Shown: piece by piece, positions 9,181-10,617 of the stretch | Numbering within the stretch: position 1 is the first letter of the stretch | How the letters are laid out: every line of letters begins with the position of its first letter | Assembly: GCA_043228905.1 (NCBI GenBank) | Contig: JBHGNT010001252.1 | Coordinates: forward strand, 1-10,617 | DNA: 10,617 nucleotides | Source: Azolla caroliniana | Lineage: Eukaryota > Plantae > Polypodiophyta | Direction of reading: 5' to 3' | The notes under the pieces: generated by a model | The model's input: only the letters and a program-made list of their open reading frames with translations | Databases searched by the model: none | Told to the model about the DNA's origin: nothing | Program-made: the position numbers and the translations under genes

Positions 9181-9314
9181 CTTTTGCTTTTCAAAGGTCA
9201 TTTGTCACACCCGATGTCCTTCTTTAGAGCAAGGGCTTGAGGATACCCCACTTGTCTTGGAAATAATACTCCACAACAACCTTTGTCCTTTGCTTGAACT
9301 ATTAGTGAAGGAAG

Positions 9315-9737
9315 CCACCTTGACTTGATATTTATTGTATGATTAGGCTCCTCAGCCTATTGATACAAGCACTGTGCAAAGAACGCCTTGATTGTGTTGA
9401 GCAAGTGATGCGATATGTTAGTAGCAACATCATCAATTGTGACATATTTGACAAAGTAGAAGCGTCGGTTCAAGTTGAAGGCTACACAAATGTTGATAGG
9501 GACAATAGTTCAACAGATCATTGATCGACATCAAGCTTTGCCATATCTTGAGTAGCAAAAAGAAAAACCTACAATGCATCTATGAAGCATAGATGCGGAA
9601 TGCATAGGCACAACCATTGTTGCTTATGAAGTCGTATGGCTTAAGTGGATCTTGAAAATTTCAAATTTCATATCGATGACAAAGTTCAAGTAGTTTGTAT
9701 CAACCTTAGCACTATATAATTTGATCTTACAATATAA
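9315..9737 (+). mobile_element. Highly decayed Ty1/Copia pol fragment: RT C-terminus and start of RNase H
   Basis: ORF 9339-9524 ...RLDCVEQVMRYV...EGYTNVDRD..DH*STS resembles HL..V...LRY...GYTDADWAG..DRRSTS. It continues *SSKK/KPTMHL*SIDAECIGTTIVAYEVVWLKWIL, which resembles WSSKKQPTVALSSTEAEY......CE.VWL. Confidence 0.8.
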
Positions 9738-9799
9738 TTGGGTCCTACTACTAACATTGGTGCATCGGGAGGAAGAATCAATTCCATTGGATTGAGTAA

Positions 9800-10019
9800 T
9801 GAATGTGGGCTGTCCATTTCAATTTCAAAACGTCCAAAGTATAAGCAAATTGGCTCCAAGCCACGGGGGCCATTTACGCCCCCCTCCCCTCCCTCCCCTC
9901 CCTGCCTGTTCCATATACAGAATTTACGAATTTATTGCTGTTTTTTTAAAACCCTAATCCTCTGTCTGTGTTGTTCTCTTGATTTTCGGACGCGCGTTGT
10001 CTTCTTCTTCTACCCCAAG
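9800..10019 (+). promoter_or_regulatory. Probable promoter and non-coding first exon of a plus-strand gene continuing beyond the window
   Basis: Site II-like TGGGCT at 9806-9811. C-rich tract at 9879-9902. Telo-box AAACCCTA at 9949-9956. CT-rich leader. Strong donor AAG|GTATGA at 10019/10020, followed by AT-rich intron-like sequence. Confidence 0.55.
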
Positions 10020-10196
10020 GTATGAGTGATACAATCCCTCTATATATGTATCTCTTTGTTTACTAACGAGAAATCCAGGGTATCGAAATGCATTTATTAA
10101 TGATTTATTATGGATTAGATTAATGCGAACACGTTAGTGTTCCAGTTAAGAAAATTAATTAATGATTGTAAAAAATTTCCTCACAAGAGAATAGAA

Positions 10197-10567
10197 TATA
10201 GCTAAATGAAAGCCCCCGTATTAGGGTTCTTGTACGAGGCAAAAGGTAAATCAGAGGGCATGATGTGCTTAAGTCTTGGATTTTTACAATAGTCTATTGA
10301 AAACAAAATATCTGGTCATTGAAAAATTTGAAATTGATGTATCCCAAAGTCTTAATGTACATGATAGGGCCATCCAAGATGAAATTAATGAGAGACTCAT
10401 TGCTTAGAAACTTGATGAAGGTGGAAAAATGGTGACATAGATTCTCCATGCCTAGTCTTGTATACTGACTCCTTAAAAATCAATAGTAATTAGCAAAAAT
10501 AACTATATCTAAAGGAAAGACCCTGTATTAAGGTTCTTGTACGAGGTGAAAGGTAAAACAGAGTGCA
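10197..10567. repeat. Dispersed diverged ~64-bp direct repeat (period 307 bp)
   Basis: TATA.CTAAA.GAAAG.CCC.GTATTA.GGTTCTTGTACGAGG..AAAGGTAAA.CAGAG.GCA at 10197-10260 and 10504-10567. Confidence 0.85.
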
Positions 10568-10617
10568 CTATGGAAGACGATATCTTTGCTCCACGGCGTC
10601 CTTCTACACGGACCCGC

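Noticed and set aside
10413-10468. Box C/D snoRNA candidate (TGATGA...CTGA) in the putative intron
   Set aside because: Short span, no terminal stem and no rRNA guide that I can recognise. A snoscan/Infernal search would be needed to revive it.

Overview
Eukaryotic, land-plant-like genomic DNA (GT-AG introns, h-type thioredoxin, Copia and L1-type relics; a moss or fern origin is my impression only). The one intact gene is a minus-strand cytosolic thioredoxin h: join(complement(5163..5246,4377..4499,4106..4258)), 119 aa, WCGPC, with a probable 5'UTR intron and TATA box. To its left is a three-level retroelement nest: a plus-strand LTR end, inserted just past the PBS of a minus-strand 5' LTR, which is itself inserted in a decayed LINE ORF2. 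Upstream of the gene is a ~310 bp SINE-like element with two convergent tRNA-like (A-box/B-box) heads inside an (AG)n tract. Further right are two decayed Copia pol fragments in opposite orientations, then the probable promoter and first non-coding exon of a plus-strand gene. The most notable observations are the inverted double-tRNA-head element, a 90-bp duplication that creates a second stop-containing acceptor for the thioredoxin active-site exon, and the internally inverted Copia pol. Most ORFs in the supplied track are spurious or TE fragments. All family calls come from manual motif recognition, not searches.
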